Shown here piece by piece: positions 1 through 8,420 of a stretch of 21,573 bases of DNA. Within the stretch, counting starts at the first letter, position 1, and the number at the start of each line of letters is the position of its first letter. A program made the translations under genes and the position numbers. The notes beneath the pieces are model-generated. The model saw only the letters and a program-made list of their open reading frames with translations. It did not search any database and was not told the origin of the DNA. The stretch covers positions 1-21,573 of the forward strand of contig JBDKRC010000117.1 in the NCBI GenBank assembly GCA_039683575.1, read 5' to 3'. The stretch is from Armatimonadia bacterium. Lineage in GTDB: Bacteria > Armatimonadota > Zipacnadia > Zipacnadales > UBA11051.

Positions 1-1554
1 CGTCTTGACCACCTTGTCGCGCTTGTCGTACTCGAAGTAGGAGGCATTGCCGAGGGGGTCGAGCGAGGAGACGACGTTGCCCGCCAGATCGTGACTGAAG
101 TAGGTCGCTTGCCCTAGGGCGTCCCGCACCCAAACCATGTTGCCATAGGCGTCATAGTCGTAGTAAGTCGTAGCCCCCAGCTTGTCGGTGCCTGAGATCA
201 TCTGCCCATGCTGGTCGTAGGCGTAGTAGCTGGCGTGATCGAGGGCGTCCGTCTCCTTGATCAAGTTCGCTCGATCATCGTAGTCGTACCGCGTTGTATG
301 CAGTAGCGGGTCGATCACCTCACGCAGCCGATTGGCCTTCGGGTTGGTCACGTTGTAGTTGTAATACGTGACGTTGCCCAGCGCATCCTGCACACTCGTG
401 CGGTTGCCGTAGTAGTCCGTTGTGTACCAGGTGAGGTTGCCCAGAGGGTCAAGGTCGTTTACGTGACGGTTGTAACCATCCCAGCCCTGCTGTTGCTCAA
501 CCCCGCTGCCGGTCTTCGTGCTCAGAAGATGATGATGAATGTTGTAGTTGTAGTAGGTGGGATTGCCCAGAACGTCAACAACCGTAGTCGCCCCGCCCCA
601 GGACTGGTCGAAACCGATGACCTTATCGTACCGATAGTAAGTCGTCCCACCCGTGCACGAGATGATTTTGCTGACCTTCCACCCTTCGGGCACACTCGAT
701 TGTGGCCCATTGTATGGCAGAGGTCCCCACTCATAGTCATAGTACGTTGTGTACCCATCCGGATCGGTCATGCTGGTCATGCGGTAGTCGGAGGAGTATT
801 CATAGGAGGTCATGCAACCCTCCGGCCCCGTTTGCTTAACCAAGTGACCATAGCTGTCGTGCTCGTAGTAGTGCGTCCGCCCCGCCCAGTCCGTCATAGT
901 GTCGAGGTAACCGTCCGCGCCGTACCCGAAGTAGATAGCGCGACCCGCCGCGTCATAGACGCGGTCCAGACGATGCGCCGCATCGTAGGTGAAGTAGGTC
1001 TCGTTGCCGTTCGGATCACGACTCGACGTAATGTGCCCGTAGTTGCAGCGAGCGGCCAGGAGGGGATCATACGGATCAGGTATTGATACTTGCGCGTACT
1101 GATCATATGCTAACAGCCGGCCGGAAGCTGTGCATTCCTCCCAGTGTCCATCTCGCCAATCCACATGCATGGTGTTGTAGTTGCCCGCCAGACGAATCCA
1201 CTCATCGCCGGTGAACGAGGGCATCCACACCATGTCCCCGCCATGCACGCGCCGGCAGTAGACCGATCCGGGATCGCCCGCCGAGGCGATGTATTGCTTC
1301 AACTCACCAAACAATGACAGGTTCCACCTCTCGCCAAGTGGGCTGGAGGGACCGTAGAGGCTGTTGAAACGGTGCTGAATATCGATCGGCTCACCGCGCG
1401 TTCGCAGGCTGACATCCGGATCGACATCCAATTCGCCGCAGGAAAGCCCTACACGTACATCATTACCTGTAGCCAAAGGTAACTGCAGTGGCTGTGAAGC
1501 TAAGCCTGAAGATACCAGCAAGTCACTTTCGGTCGGCATCGATATAGCCCCCAT
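1..1554 (-). CDS. RHS/YD-repeat protein, N-terminal part (runs off the left edge); DUF6531-like domain followed by YD repeats
   Basis: Absent from the ORF track, presumably because it has no stop in the window. Manual translation of the minus frame gives YD repeats (RDPNGNETYFTYDAAHRL, YDAAGRAIYFGYGADGYL, TDPDGYTTYYDY, RDALGQATYFSHDLAGNV, DPLGNASYFEYDKRDK) and an N-terminal segment like the pre-RHS DUF6531 domain (GELDVDPDVSLRTRGEPIDIQHRFNSLYGPSSPLGERW). Start is ATG 1554 or ATG 1539 (GGGGG upstream of the latter); GTG 1590 is also in frame. Confidence 0.9.
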   Translation of the reverse strand, partial: MGAISMPTESDLLVSSGLASQPLQLPLATGNDVRVGLSCGELDVDPDVSLRTRGEPIDIQHRFNSLYGPSSPLGERWNLSLFGELKQYIASAGDPGSVYCRRVHGGDMVWMPSFTGDEWIRLAGNYNTMHVDWRDGHWEECTASGRLLAYDQYAQVSIPDPYDPLLAARCNYGHITSSRDPNGNETYFTYDAAHRLDRVYDAAGRAIYFGYGADGYLDTMTDWAGRTHYYEHDSYGHLVKQTGPEGCMTSYEYSSDYRMTSMTDPDGYTTYYDYEWGPLPYNGPQSSVPEGWKVSKIISCTGGTTYYRYDKVIGFDQSWGGATTVVDVLGNPTYYNYNIHHHLLSTKTGSGVEQQQGWDGYNRHVNDLDPLGNLTWYTTDYYGNRTSVQDALGNVTYYNYNVTNPKANRLREVIDPLLHTTRYDYDDRANLIKETDALDHASYYAYDQHGQMISGTDKLGATTYYDYDAYGNMVWVRDALGQATYFSHDLAGNVVSSLDPLGNASYFEYDKRDKVVKT

Positions 1555-1597
1555 GTCTAGATCGCGCGTTAACCATCGCGGCGGCCTCACGACAAAG

Positions 1598-1939
1598 CTA
1601 TGATTGCCCCAGCGCTGGCGGACATATCGGTTCGCCAGGATGACATGGGTCCCCGGGTGACAGCTTGCCGCTGCCAGCGCAGCCTATCTGATCACCGCTG
1701 ACGCCAGAAGAGACGCGGCAGCCGACACCCAATCCTGTCGCTGCTCCGGCACTACCAGTACTACTGCCGCTGCACGCACGTCCACCGCCAGCGCCCGGGC
1801 AGTTGGTGCCTCTACCACAGCACTTCGCAGCCACCCCCCCGGGCGCCGCGCCTTCTGGATCGAAGTCACCCAAAGCGTATCCCGCCGCGCCCGTTGGAAA
1901 CATTGCCGGCGGAAACATCACACCGTTACCAGGCATCAT
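1598..1939 (-). CDS. Small Gly/Cys/Pro/Ser-rich protein (113 aa, 8 Cys), function unknown
   Basis: Strong RBS (AAGAAGGGTGAGGTGACG) before ATG-ATG at 1939/1936. The longer called ORF (to 2053) runs through an RNA hairpin, so I re-started it here. Co-oriented with and about 45 nt upstream of the RHS gene. Confidence 0.6.
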   Translation of the reverse strand: MMPGNGVMFPPAMFPTGAAGYALGDFDPEGAAPGGVAAKCCGRGTNCPGAGGGRACSGSSTGSAGAATGLGVGCRVSSGVSGDQIGCAGSGKLSPGDPCHPGEPICPPALGQS

Positions 1940-1982
1940 CGTCACCTCACCCTTCTTCAACTGCGCCAAGCACCAACAAACA

Positions 1983-2023
1983 GAACAAATGAAACCGCAT
2001 CCGAAGACGCGGTTTGTCTGTTC
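1983..2023 (-). terminator. Strong hairpin with cUUCGg tetraloop and U-rich tail in the leader of the peptide/RHS unit (terminator or attenuator)
   Basis: Minus strand reads GAACAGAC-AAACCGCGTC-TTCG-GATGCGGTTT-CA-TTTGTTC, followed by TGTTTGTT. Confidence 0.65.
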
Positions 2024-2126
2024 ACAGGCACAAGCGAAAACGAACCCACGCACTCACACGCAGGCATTTATCTGCTTCCAGCGACGGTTCTGATGAATGA
2101 AGTTCTGAGTCCCCCACTCCCCACAT
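2022..2126 (-). CDS. Possible 34-aa leader peptide MWGVGDSELHSSEPSLEADKCLRVSAWVRFRLCL
   Basis: GAGGGGGGG lies 7 nt before ATG 2126; the TGA stop overlaps the base of the 1983-2023 hairpin. Confidence 0.3.
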   Translation of the reverse strand: MWGVGDSELHSSEPSLEADKCLRVSAWVRFRLCL

Positions 2127-2158
2127 GCTGAGGCCCCCCCTCGATGATCTTTGTATCA

Positions 2159-2187
2159 ATCATGCAACAACACTGCCCAACTGTCAA
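2159..2187 (-). promoter_or_regulatory. Sigma70-type promoter for the peptide/RHS unit
   Basis: Minus strand: TTGACA (2187-2182), 17-nt spacer, CATGAT (2164-2159). Confidence 0.7.
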
Positions 2188-2202
2188 GCAGAAACTGGGG
2201 CT

Positions 2203-2221
2203 GTGCAAACCCGCCTTGCAC
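2203..2221 (-). terminator. Short hairpin just after the last glycosyltransferase gene
   Basis: GTGCAA-GGCGGGT-TTGCAC lies 7 nt after the stop codon at 2229; no clean U-tract. Confidence 0.3.
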
Positions 2222-2228
2222 CTACAGA

Positions 2229-3398
2229 CTATGCCAGAACGGTTTTATATAACTCGAGTGAGCGGCGCGCCACGTCCATCCAGCGATGCCCCTCCATTGC
2301 CAATTGACGTGCTTGGGCAATGCATTCGGATGCTTCCGCAGCGCTGGTGAGCATTCGTAGAATGGCGCCGGCCAAGGCGTTGGGATCATTTGGGGGAACC
2401 GTGAACCCGGTCTGCCCATCCTGCACGAGCTCTGCCAAACCGCCCGTGTCAGCGGCGACAACCGGCGTGTCACAGATCATAGCCTCCAAGGCCACCATTC
2501 CCAGGGGCTCGTACAGGCTCGGCACTACGAGCACGTTGGCACACCTGTACAGGGCCGCCAACGCTCTGCCGCGCACGTGCCCCACAAAACGAGTGTGATC
2601 GTCCAATCCAACTTCCTGAGCGTGCTGCCTCAGCTGATCTTTGAGCGCGCCGTCCCCCGCCAGCACCAGTTGTGCGTCAGGAAGTACCTTCACCACCTCA
2701 CGAAGCGCCTCCAGCAAAATTCCGGGGCCCTTGATGGCCGTGAGCCGCCCGACGAAGAGGATCAGCGGGACGCCAGGCGCGCAGAACAAGGACCTGAAGT
2801 CGGCCGCATCCACATCAACATGAAAACGCTCTGGGTTCACACCACATCCCGCTACAGTGATGCGGTCGGCGCGCACCCCGTACGCGGCTGTGAGTTCTGT
2901 CTTGATGAAGTTGGAATTGGCAGCCACGGCGTCGGCCTTCTCACAGAGCCATTGCTCCATCTCCGCCACGTATTGCTGTTCAGGCGTCAGTTTCCCCATC
3001 GCCCTGCCCAGTTCGGTGTCGTGCATCGTCACAACCAGAGGAACGCCGAAGCTCTCCTTGAGCGCAACGGCCGCGCTGGCGGACAGCCAGTCATGCGTCT
3101 GGATCACGTCAATGCCGGACTGGCGCTGAAGAAGCTCAGCCGCTCGCGCCAACAGGGTGACATTGCCCTGGAGAATGTCAGCGATGGAATTGTACCCCTG
3201 AAAGGGAAGATGGAAGGGTACGTTGGAGATCTCGACGCCTTCCTCACAGTACCGTGGGTGCTGGGGGTCATAGTTGTTGCAGATGACATCCACTTGCGCG
3301 CCTGCGGCAACGAGTGCCTGACAGTGTTCGCTTGCATAGCGGGCCAAACCGTAGCCTTGAGCCGGCGGGAACTCCGTCGCCAAACACAGAACTCGCAT
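2229..3398 (-). CDS. Glycosyltransferase family 4 (GT-B; glycogen-synthase-like/PimA-like type)
   Basis: Motifs EFPP..GYGL, QTHDWL, LFVGRL..IKG, VPSLYEPLGMVALEAM (EX7E). RBS AGGAG precedes ATG 3398. Confidence 0.92.
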   Translation of the reverse strand: MRVLCLATEFPPAQGYGLARYASEHCQALVAAGAQVDVICNNYDPQHPRYCEEGVEISNVPFHLPFQGYNSIADILQGNVTLLARAAELLQRQSGIDVIQTHDWLSASAAVALKESFGVPLVVTMHDTELGRAMGKLTPEQQYVAEMEQWLCEKADAVAANSNFIKTELTAAYGVRADRITVAGCGVNPERFHVDVDAADFRSLFCAPGVPLILFVGRLTAIKGPGILLEALREVVKVLPDAQLVLAGDGALKDQLRQHAQEVGLDDHTRFVGHVRGRALAALYRCANVLVVPSLYEPLGMVALEAMICDTPVVAADTGGLAELVQDGQTGFTVPPNDPNALAGAILRMLTSAAEASECIAQARQLAMEGHRWMDVARRSLELYKTVLA

Positions 3399-3448
3399 GG
3401 TTTCTCCTGTCACTGAAGTGGTACGTCTGCAGTGAAGACGCGGGCCCT

Positions 3449-4576
3449 CTAGCCCTGCTCTGCTTGAGCAGCCCTGCGCAACAGCCTCAGGAGTGCCTCA
3501 CTTGATCGACGCCAGCTGAATTCCCTCGCCCTGTCAGAGGCGCGCTCAGCCAGCTGCTGTCGCATCGTCGAATCCACCATTAGCGCGCGCAAGCCGCCCT
3601 CGATGCTGTCGACGCTGGCGGGATCCACGGTCACCGCAGCTGCGCCCGCGATTTCCGTGAGGGGATTAACATTCGAGCACATGATCGTTCGACCAGCAGC
3701 CATGGCCTCCAATAGTGGCAGCCCGAACCCCTCGAAGAGCGAAACGAAGGCAAAGATGTCACAAGCCTGGTACAGGGCCGGCAAGTCCTCATCGGGCACG
3801 TATCCCAAGCGAACCACCGACTCCCGGTGCGGAAGCTGGCTGATAGCCTCCAGCACTTGTGACTCTGCCGCCCCCGGCGGCCCGGCAAGAACGAGTTGCC
3901 ACTGGTCCTCAATTCCTGTTCGGGACTGGCCAAAGGCCGCAACCAGGCGCGGCAGGTTCTTGTTTGGCTCGGAACTGGATAGGGAAAGCACGAAGGGGTG
4001 CCTCAGTTGACGTGATCGGCAAAACTCATCCAGGTCCGCCTGCCCCACTGGCCGACGCAGAATCTCGTCCGGCGCACCAGGCACGAGGTGCACACGCTCC
4101 CGTTGCACATCCACCAAATCAGCGAGATCATCTCTCAGACTAGACGCTAGACAGACGATTGCATCTGCACGCCGGACCCAAGCCGGTAGCCACTTGCGGA
4201 GGTATCCTCGCAAGGACGGTGCATAGAATTCCGGATGCTGCAAGAACCCCAGGTCATAGACGACCGAGACCATGGGACAACTCCGAATCATTGGGAGTAC
4301 CGAGGTGGGAGCGAAGTAGACGTCGGGCTGCAGGTCTCGCAGGACCGTTGGAAGACGCAACTGTTCCCACATCTCATCTCCCAGTCTGGCATCAGGTAGG
4401 CATATCTCGCGAACATTGCCAAGTGAAGCCAGATCGGGGCTGGACCTCTCGCGCAGCACCACAAGCTCAGTGTCGGAACTGAGGTCGGCCATGCCTGCGA
4501 TCAGCCGGCATGTGTACTGTGTGCCGCCAGTCTTGCGAACGTCGAGCAGTCGGCCGTCTATGGCGACTCTCATCAT
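3449..4576 (-). CDS. Glycosyltransferase family 4 (MtfB/WbdB-like mannosyltransferase type)
   Basis: Motifs RVAIDGR, TGGTQY, VYDL, EPNKNL, GYVPDEDL, SLFEGFGLPLLEAMA. Start 4576 overlaps the upstream stop (ATGA); GGAGG upstream. Confidence 0.92.
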   Translation of the reverse strand: MMRVAIDGRLLDVRKTGGTQYTCRLIAGMADLSSDTELVVLRERSSPDLASLGNVREICLPDARLGDEMWEQLRLPTVLRDLQPDVYFAPTSVLPMIRSCPMVSVVYDLGFLQHPEFYAPSLRGYLRKWLPAWVRRADAIVCLASSLRDDLADLVDVQRERVHLVPGAPDEILRRPVGQADLDEFCRSRQLRHPFVLSLSSSEPNKNLPRLVAAFGQSRTGIEDQWQLVLAGPPGAAESQVLEAISQLPHRESVVRLGYVPDEDLPALYQACDIFAFVSLFEGFGLPLLEAMAAGRTIMCSNVNPLTEIAGAAAVTVDPASVDSIEGGLRALMVDSTMRQQLAERASDRAREFSWRRSSEALLRLLRRAAQAEQG

Positions 4577-5391
4577 CCCCTCGCCTCCGACCAGAAGCGA
4601 TGGGCCCACCTTGAACGAAAGATCATCTCATTGCGCAGTGCGACGCGAGAGATTCCTTTGCCACTCTGCTCGAGGGCGGTGGCCGTCACCGTCGCATGAT
4701 GATAGATCTCAGAGTAGGGCGAATAGACGATCCTGAAGCCGGCTTCCCTGGCGCGGAAGCAGTAATCACTGTCTTCGTAGTATCCCGGAGAGAAGACCTC
4801 GTCCAACACCCCAATGCTCTCGATGACGCTGCGCTTGATGAGCATGCACGAGCCCTCAGCGTACTGCACGTCCAGTACCTGACGCAGCTGCAGGTCGTGT
4901 CGGCTGGCACCACGTCCCAAGGGGAAGGAGGTGTGGGCTTGATAGAAGATCAGCCCGCCGATATTGTGGACCCGGCCGGTTGCAGGATCCAGTGTTCTGG
5001 GGCCAACGATGCCGATGCGGTCATCCATCTCTGCGCTGACAATCAAGCCCGTCAACCACGCCGGAGTGACTTTCGTGTCGTTGTTTAGCAGCACGACGTA
5101 CCTCCCAGTGGAAGCCACCATCCCTTGGTTGATCGCCTTGGTGAATCCCAAGTTCTCAGGGTTACGGATAACTTCGAGGTGAGGGCAGTCCCGGCTAAAC
5201 TCATCCAGGGCTGCGTCGGTCCCATCGTCACTGCCGTTGTCAACGATGATCAGGTGGTACGGATGCGTCGTGTGCGCGACAATGCTATTCAGGCAGTCGC
5301 GCGTATACTCCACCTGGTTGAACACCGGGATGATCAGGTCGGCGTGTTGCGGCCCGGGGTCACGTCCGGCAGCCCAGAGATCGGCGCTCAT
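4573..5391 (-). CDS. Glycosyltransferase family 2 (GT-A; WbbL/rhamnosyltransferase-like type)
   Basis: Motifs IIPVFN, IIVDNGSDDGT, ENLGFTKAINQG, LLNNDT, GSCMLI, YYEDSDYCFRA. ATGA-coupled at both ends. Confidence 0.92.
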   Translation of the reverse strand: MSADLWAAGRDPGPQHADLIIPVFNQVEYTRDCLNSIVAHTTHPYHLIIVDNGSDDGTDAALDEFSRDCPHLEVIRNPENLGFTKAINQGMVASTGRYVVLLNNDTKVTPAWLTGLIVSAEMDDRIGIVGPRTLDPATGRVHNIGGLIFYQAHTSFPLGRGASRHDLQLRQVLDVQYAEGSCMLIKRSVIESIGVLDEVFSPGYYEDSDYCFRAREAGFRIVYSPYSEIYHHATVTATALEQSGKGISRVALRNEMIFRSRWAHRFWSEARG

Positions 5392-6599
5392 CTGCTGATC
5401 TCACAAGAGCAAGGTTCCCGCGTCCCGCCTGGCTGCATCCCGGCATATTCCTTAATCGTCTGTCGCGCGACGTGCGTCCAGCTATACAAGCGTTCAGCGC
5501 GCTGCCGCCCCTGGTCTCCCAGCTTGACGGCCAGTTCGTCACTCGTCAGGACCTTGAGGAGTGCGCCAGCGAGTGCGACCGCATCCGCCGGTGGCACAGT
5601 CAGGCCCGTCTGTCCGTCGAGCACGATCTCCCTGAGGCCTCCAATTGCTGACGCCACAATGGGCCTGCCACAGATCATGCCTTCCAGGGCAACGATACCG
5701 AAGGGCTCATACAGGCTCGGAACCGCGACGACGTGGCAGCTGTGATACAAGGCTGCCAGAACCTCGCCTTCGACATAACCCGTAAAGCTGATTCGATCGC
5801 TGATGCCGAGTTCATGTGCGCTCTCAAGCAGGCGCTGGTGCAGCACCCCCTTGCCCGCGATCACCAGCCGGGCTTGCGGTACGACCAGCAACAACCTCGC
5901 CAGCGCTTCCAATAGATGGGGCAGGCCCTTTTCCTGATCAAGGCGTCCCACATAGAGGATGACCTTGTCCCCTGGATCGGCGAAAAGGCAAAGGAAGCCC
6001 TCGACGTCCACATCAACCACGAAACGCTCCGCGTCCACGCCACATGGGATGATCCCGATCTTTTCAGACGGAACCTGATACTCCTGCGTCAGCTCCTGGC
6101 GGACGTGCTCACTGCAGCAGATGACCAGTTCGGCCTCCGCCCCCACATAACGTTCAAGGAATGAGATATACTGATTCGGGGGACTCAGCCGTCCAAAGTA
6201 CTTGCCATGAGCCGTGTCGTGAATGGTGACGGCAAGCAAGCTGTTGGGATGCAAGTGCTTCACGGATCTTCCCGCCAGCACTGTGAGCCAGTCATGTACA
6301 TGGATCACCTCCGGCGCTAGCCCCGATCTGAGCAACTCGCATGCCTTCTGCACCAGCAGAACGTTGAACTGGATCACGGCAGTGGTGTCGTCAGGCGGCT
6401 TTGGCGGGGGCGGAAAGTGAATCCGGTGGACCCACACCCCGTCCATGAGTGAGTCGGGATCGCAGCCACCAAGGCTGTTGGTGACCACGTGCACCTCATG
6501 GCCCAGGGCGGCTTGGGCAACGGCGAGGTCGTTCACCGCACGCCCCAGGCCAAAGACCTGTGTCGGTGGATATTCTGATGACAGGTGCATGATCTTCAT
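5388..6599 (-). CDS. Glycosyltransferase family 4 (glycogen-synthase-like/PimA-like type); paralogue of 2229-3398
   Basis: Motifs SSEYPP..FGLG, HVHDWL, TIHDT, YVGRL..EKG, VPSLYEPFGIVALEGM. Confidence 0.92.
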   Translation of the reverse strand: MKIMHLSSEYPPTQVFGLGRAVNDLAVAQAALGHEVHVVTNSLGGCDPDSLMDGVWVHRIHFPPPPKPPDDTTAVIQFNVLLVQKACELLRSGLAPEVIHVHDWLTVLAGRSVKHLHPNSLLAVTIHDTAHGKYFGRLSPPNQYISFLERYVGAEAELVICCSEHVRQELTQEYQVPSEKIGIIPCGVDAERFVVDVDVEGFLCLFADPGDKVILYVGRLDQEKGLPHLLEALARLLLVVPQARLVIAGKGVLHQRLLESAHELGISDRISFTGYVEGEVLAALYHSCHVVAVPSLYEPFGIVALEGMICGRPIVASAIGGLREIVLDGQTGLTVPPADAVALAGALLKVLTSDELAVKLGDQGRQRAERLYSWTHVARQTIKEYAGMQPGGTREPCSCEISR

Positions 6600-6609
6600 G
6601 ATTTGTCTC

Positions 6610-7725
6610 TCATGACACGGCTCTCCGATATGTTTCCAGGGTCTCCAGGGCAGCCTTCTGCCAACTGAATTGCGCGGCTCGCGTCAGTCCCCGAGCCGCC
6701 AAAATCCCCCGTTTGGCTTCATCTGCGAGCAGTTCGCCCAGGCGCGCCGCCAGTTCCACGGGATTGTGTGGGTCCACCAGGATGCCTGCCTCACCTACCA
6801 CCTCGGGCAGGGAAGTCGCATTGGCAACGACCGTCGGGATGCCACTGGCCATCGCCTCCAGCGGCGGCAGCCCAAAACCCTCGTACAGCGAGGGGTAGAC
6901 AAATACGGTGGCGGCCGCATATGCCACCGGCAGGTATCTGTCCGGTAGGAAGCCTGTGATCACCGTGTGCTCACTCACTCCGAATGCTTGCAGGGCCTCA
7001 CCGGGATCATAGGCTGCGCCGCCACGGCCGCCGGCAAGCACCAGTGTTGCCCGATGCCCCTCCCGACGCAGTTGCCCGAACGCTTGCAGCAGGACATCGA
7101 TATTCTTCTTGGGCTCCAATGAGCCAACATACAATACGTAGGGGCCGTTGATGCGATATCGTTTGCGGAATTCGTTCTCCAGGATGCCACCGTAGCGCGG
7201 ATAAAAGCGATCTTGCTCCGCCGCCTCATAGATCACATCAATCTTGTCACCCGTCACTCCATATGCGTCCATCAGCGCCTGCTTGGAGTACTCCGAGACA
7301 GTGATGATACGTGACGCCAGACGCGCTGCCAGTTCGGTCCAGCGCCGCAGATATTGGCGCAGCGACGCAGCCACCAGGTCGGGGCGGGCGTGGAAGACAA
7401 CATCGTGAATGGTTGTCACCATCGGACACAGTGCGACCAATGGCAATGCAAACGTTGGATTGTGATACAGGTCGGGCTTGAGTTCCTCCAGCAGGGCGGG
7501 CAACTGCAGTTGCTCCCACGGGGCGTCGAGCATGGCTGCGGGAACACGAACCTCGCGAAAATTGGGGGCTGTCACCACGGGATGATAATGTCGCGAGGCA
7601 CTGTGCAGGACGATGAACTCATCGGCATCATTTACGCGGGCAATCGCCTTCACAAGCGAGCCGGCATAGTTGCCGATGCCGCCGCAACCACCGAAGACGC
7701 AGCGGCAGTCAATGACACACTTCAT
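6610..7725 (-). CDS. Glycosyltransferase family 4 (MtfB/WbdB-like type)
   Basis: Motifs GGIGNY, WEQLQLP, TTIHD, YVGSLEPKKN, YPSLYEGFGLPPLEAMASG. Confidence 0.92.
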   Translation of the reverse strand: MKCVIDCRCVFGGCGGIGNYAGSLVKAIARVNDADEFIVLHSASRHYHPVVTAPNFREVRVPAAMLDAPWEQLQLPALLEELKPDLYHNPTFALPLVALCPMVTTIHDVVFHARPDLVAASLRQYLRRWTELAARLASRIITVSEYSKQALMDAYGVTGDKIDVIYEAAEQDRFYPRYGGILENEFRKRYRINGPYVLYVGSLEPKKNIDVLLQAFGQLRREGHRATLVLAGGRGGAAYDPGEALQAFGVSEHTVITGFLPDRYLPVAYAAATVFVYPSLYEGFGLPPLEAMASGIPTVVANATSLPEVVGEAGILVDPHNPVELAARLGELLADEAKRGILAARGLTRAAQFSWQKAALETLETYRRAVS

Positions 7726-8420
7726 CGGTTCGCCCCCGCACCATCCCTGCCCGCGATGGCGTCATAGTCCACGAGTTGTAGCCCCTGCTCATCGATCAGG
7801 TGCTCATAGTCCCCATCGGGGTCCTCACGACGGTACAACTCGTACTTTGCCACGGTCTGCTCCCAAAAGGAATAACCGTAATGTCGGATGTAGAGGCTCT
7901 CGGCAACCGCCGCCTGCCCCTGCAGGCCCAGAATGTGTGCACCGTGGATCTTCTGCGGCGGGAAGTATATCCCCGGCTGGTTGCGAAATAGGCGGGGGTG
8001 GATGTGCCTGCCAGTCTCCTCCCCCCATTTTCCATCGATGCGATAGCGGCGCTTGTCCCTCCAGAAATGCAGCATTCGGAAGCCCCAGACGGCACATTCA
8101 TCCTGATTCAGCAGTTCAGGAAGAACCGCGGCCGCATGAGCCTCAAAGACCTCATCGATGTCCATGATCAGAATCCAATCCGGCTCCGTGTCCTTGATCA
8201 TCGCGAGCATGACATTGCGGTCGATCCCCTCGTGGAAGAAGCTCTTCTCCCAGCGCAACAGCCGAGTCACCTTGGAACATGCGCGACAGATGGAGGGCGT
8301 TGCGTCAGTGGACCCGTTGTCAAGAACCACAATCTCATCTACCACTTCACTGAGCTGATACAAACACTCCTCGGCCCACGGCTCGCCGTTCTTTACGCGG
8401 ATTCCGGCGGTCAGCTTCAT
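7722..8420 (-). CDS. Glycosyltransferase family 2 (beta-glucosyltransferase-like GT-A clade, resembling WaaE/LgtF, SunS-type and flagellin glycosyltransferases)
   Basis: Motifs IRVKNGE...ECL, VDEIVVLDNGSTDAT, DWILIMDIDE (DxD), PRLFRN, IRHYGY. No TPR tail. Confidence 0.85.
   Translation of the reverse strand: MKLTAGIRVKNGEPWAEECLYQLSEVVDEIVVLDNGSTDATPSICRACSKVTRLLRWEKSFFHEGIDRNVMLAMIKDTEPDWILIMDIDEVFEAHAAAVLPELLNQDECAVWGFRMLHFWRDKRRYRIDGKWGEETGRHIHPRLFRNQPGIYFPPQKIHGAHILGLQGQAAVAESLYIRHYGYSFWEQTVAKYELYRREDPDGDYEHLIDEQGLQLVDYDAIAGRDGAGANR

Noticed and set aside
463-1086. 207-aa Val-rich ORF on the plus strand
   Set aside because: Antisense shadow of the Tyr/Asp/Thr-rich YD repeats of the RHS gene.
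1940-2053. Cys-rich N-terminal extension of the 151-aa ORF call
   Set aside because: It runs through the UUCG hairpin, and a much better RBS precedes ATG 1939.
2577-3416. 279-aa plus-strand ORF, and similar ORFs across the GT, Shango and recombinase genes (e.g. 5125-5745, 19404-20063, 20288-20857)
   Set aside because: They overlap genes with clear family motifs, show no motifs of their own and are expected in GC-rich DNA.
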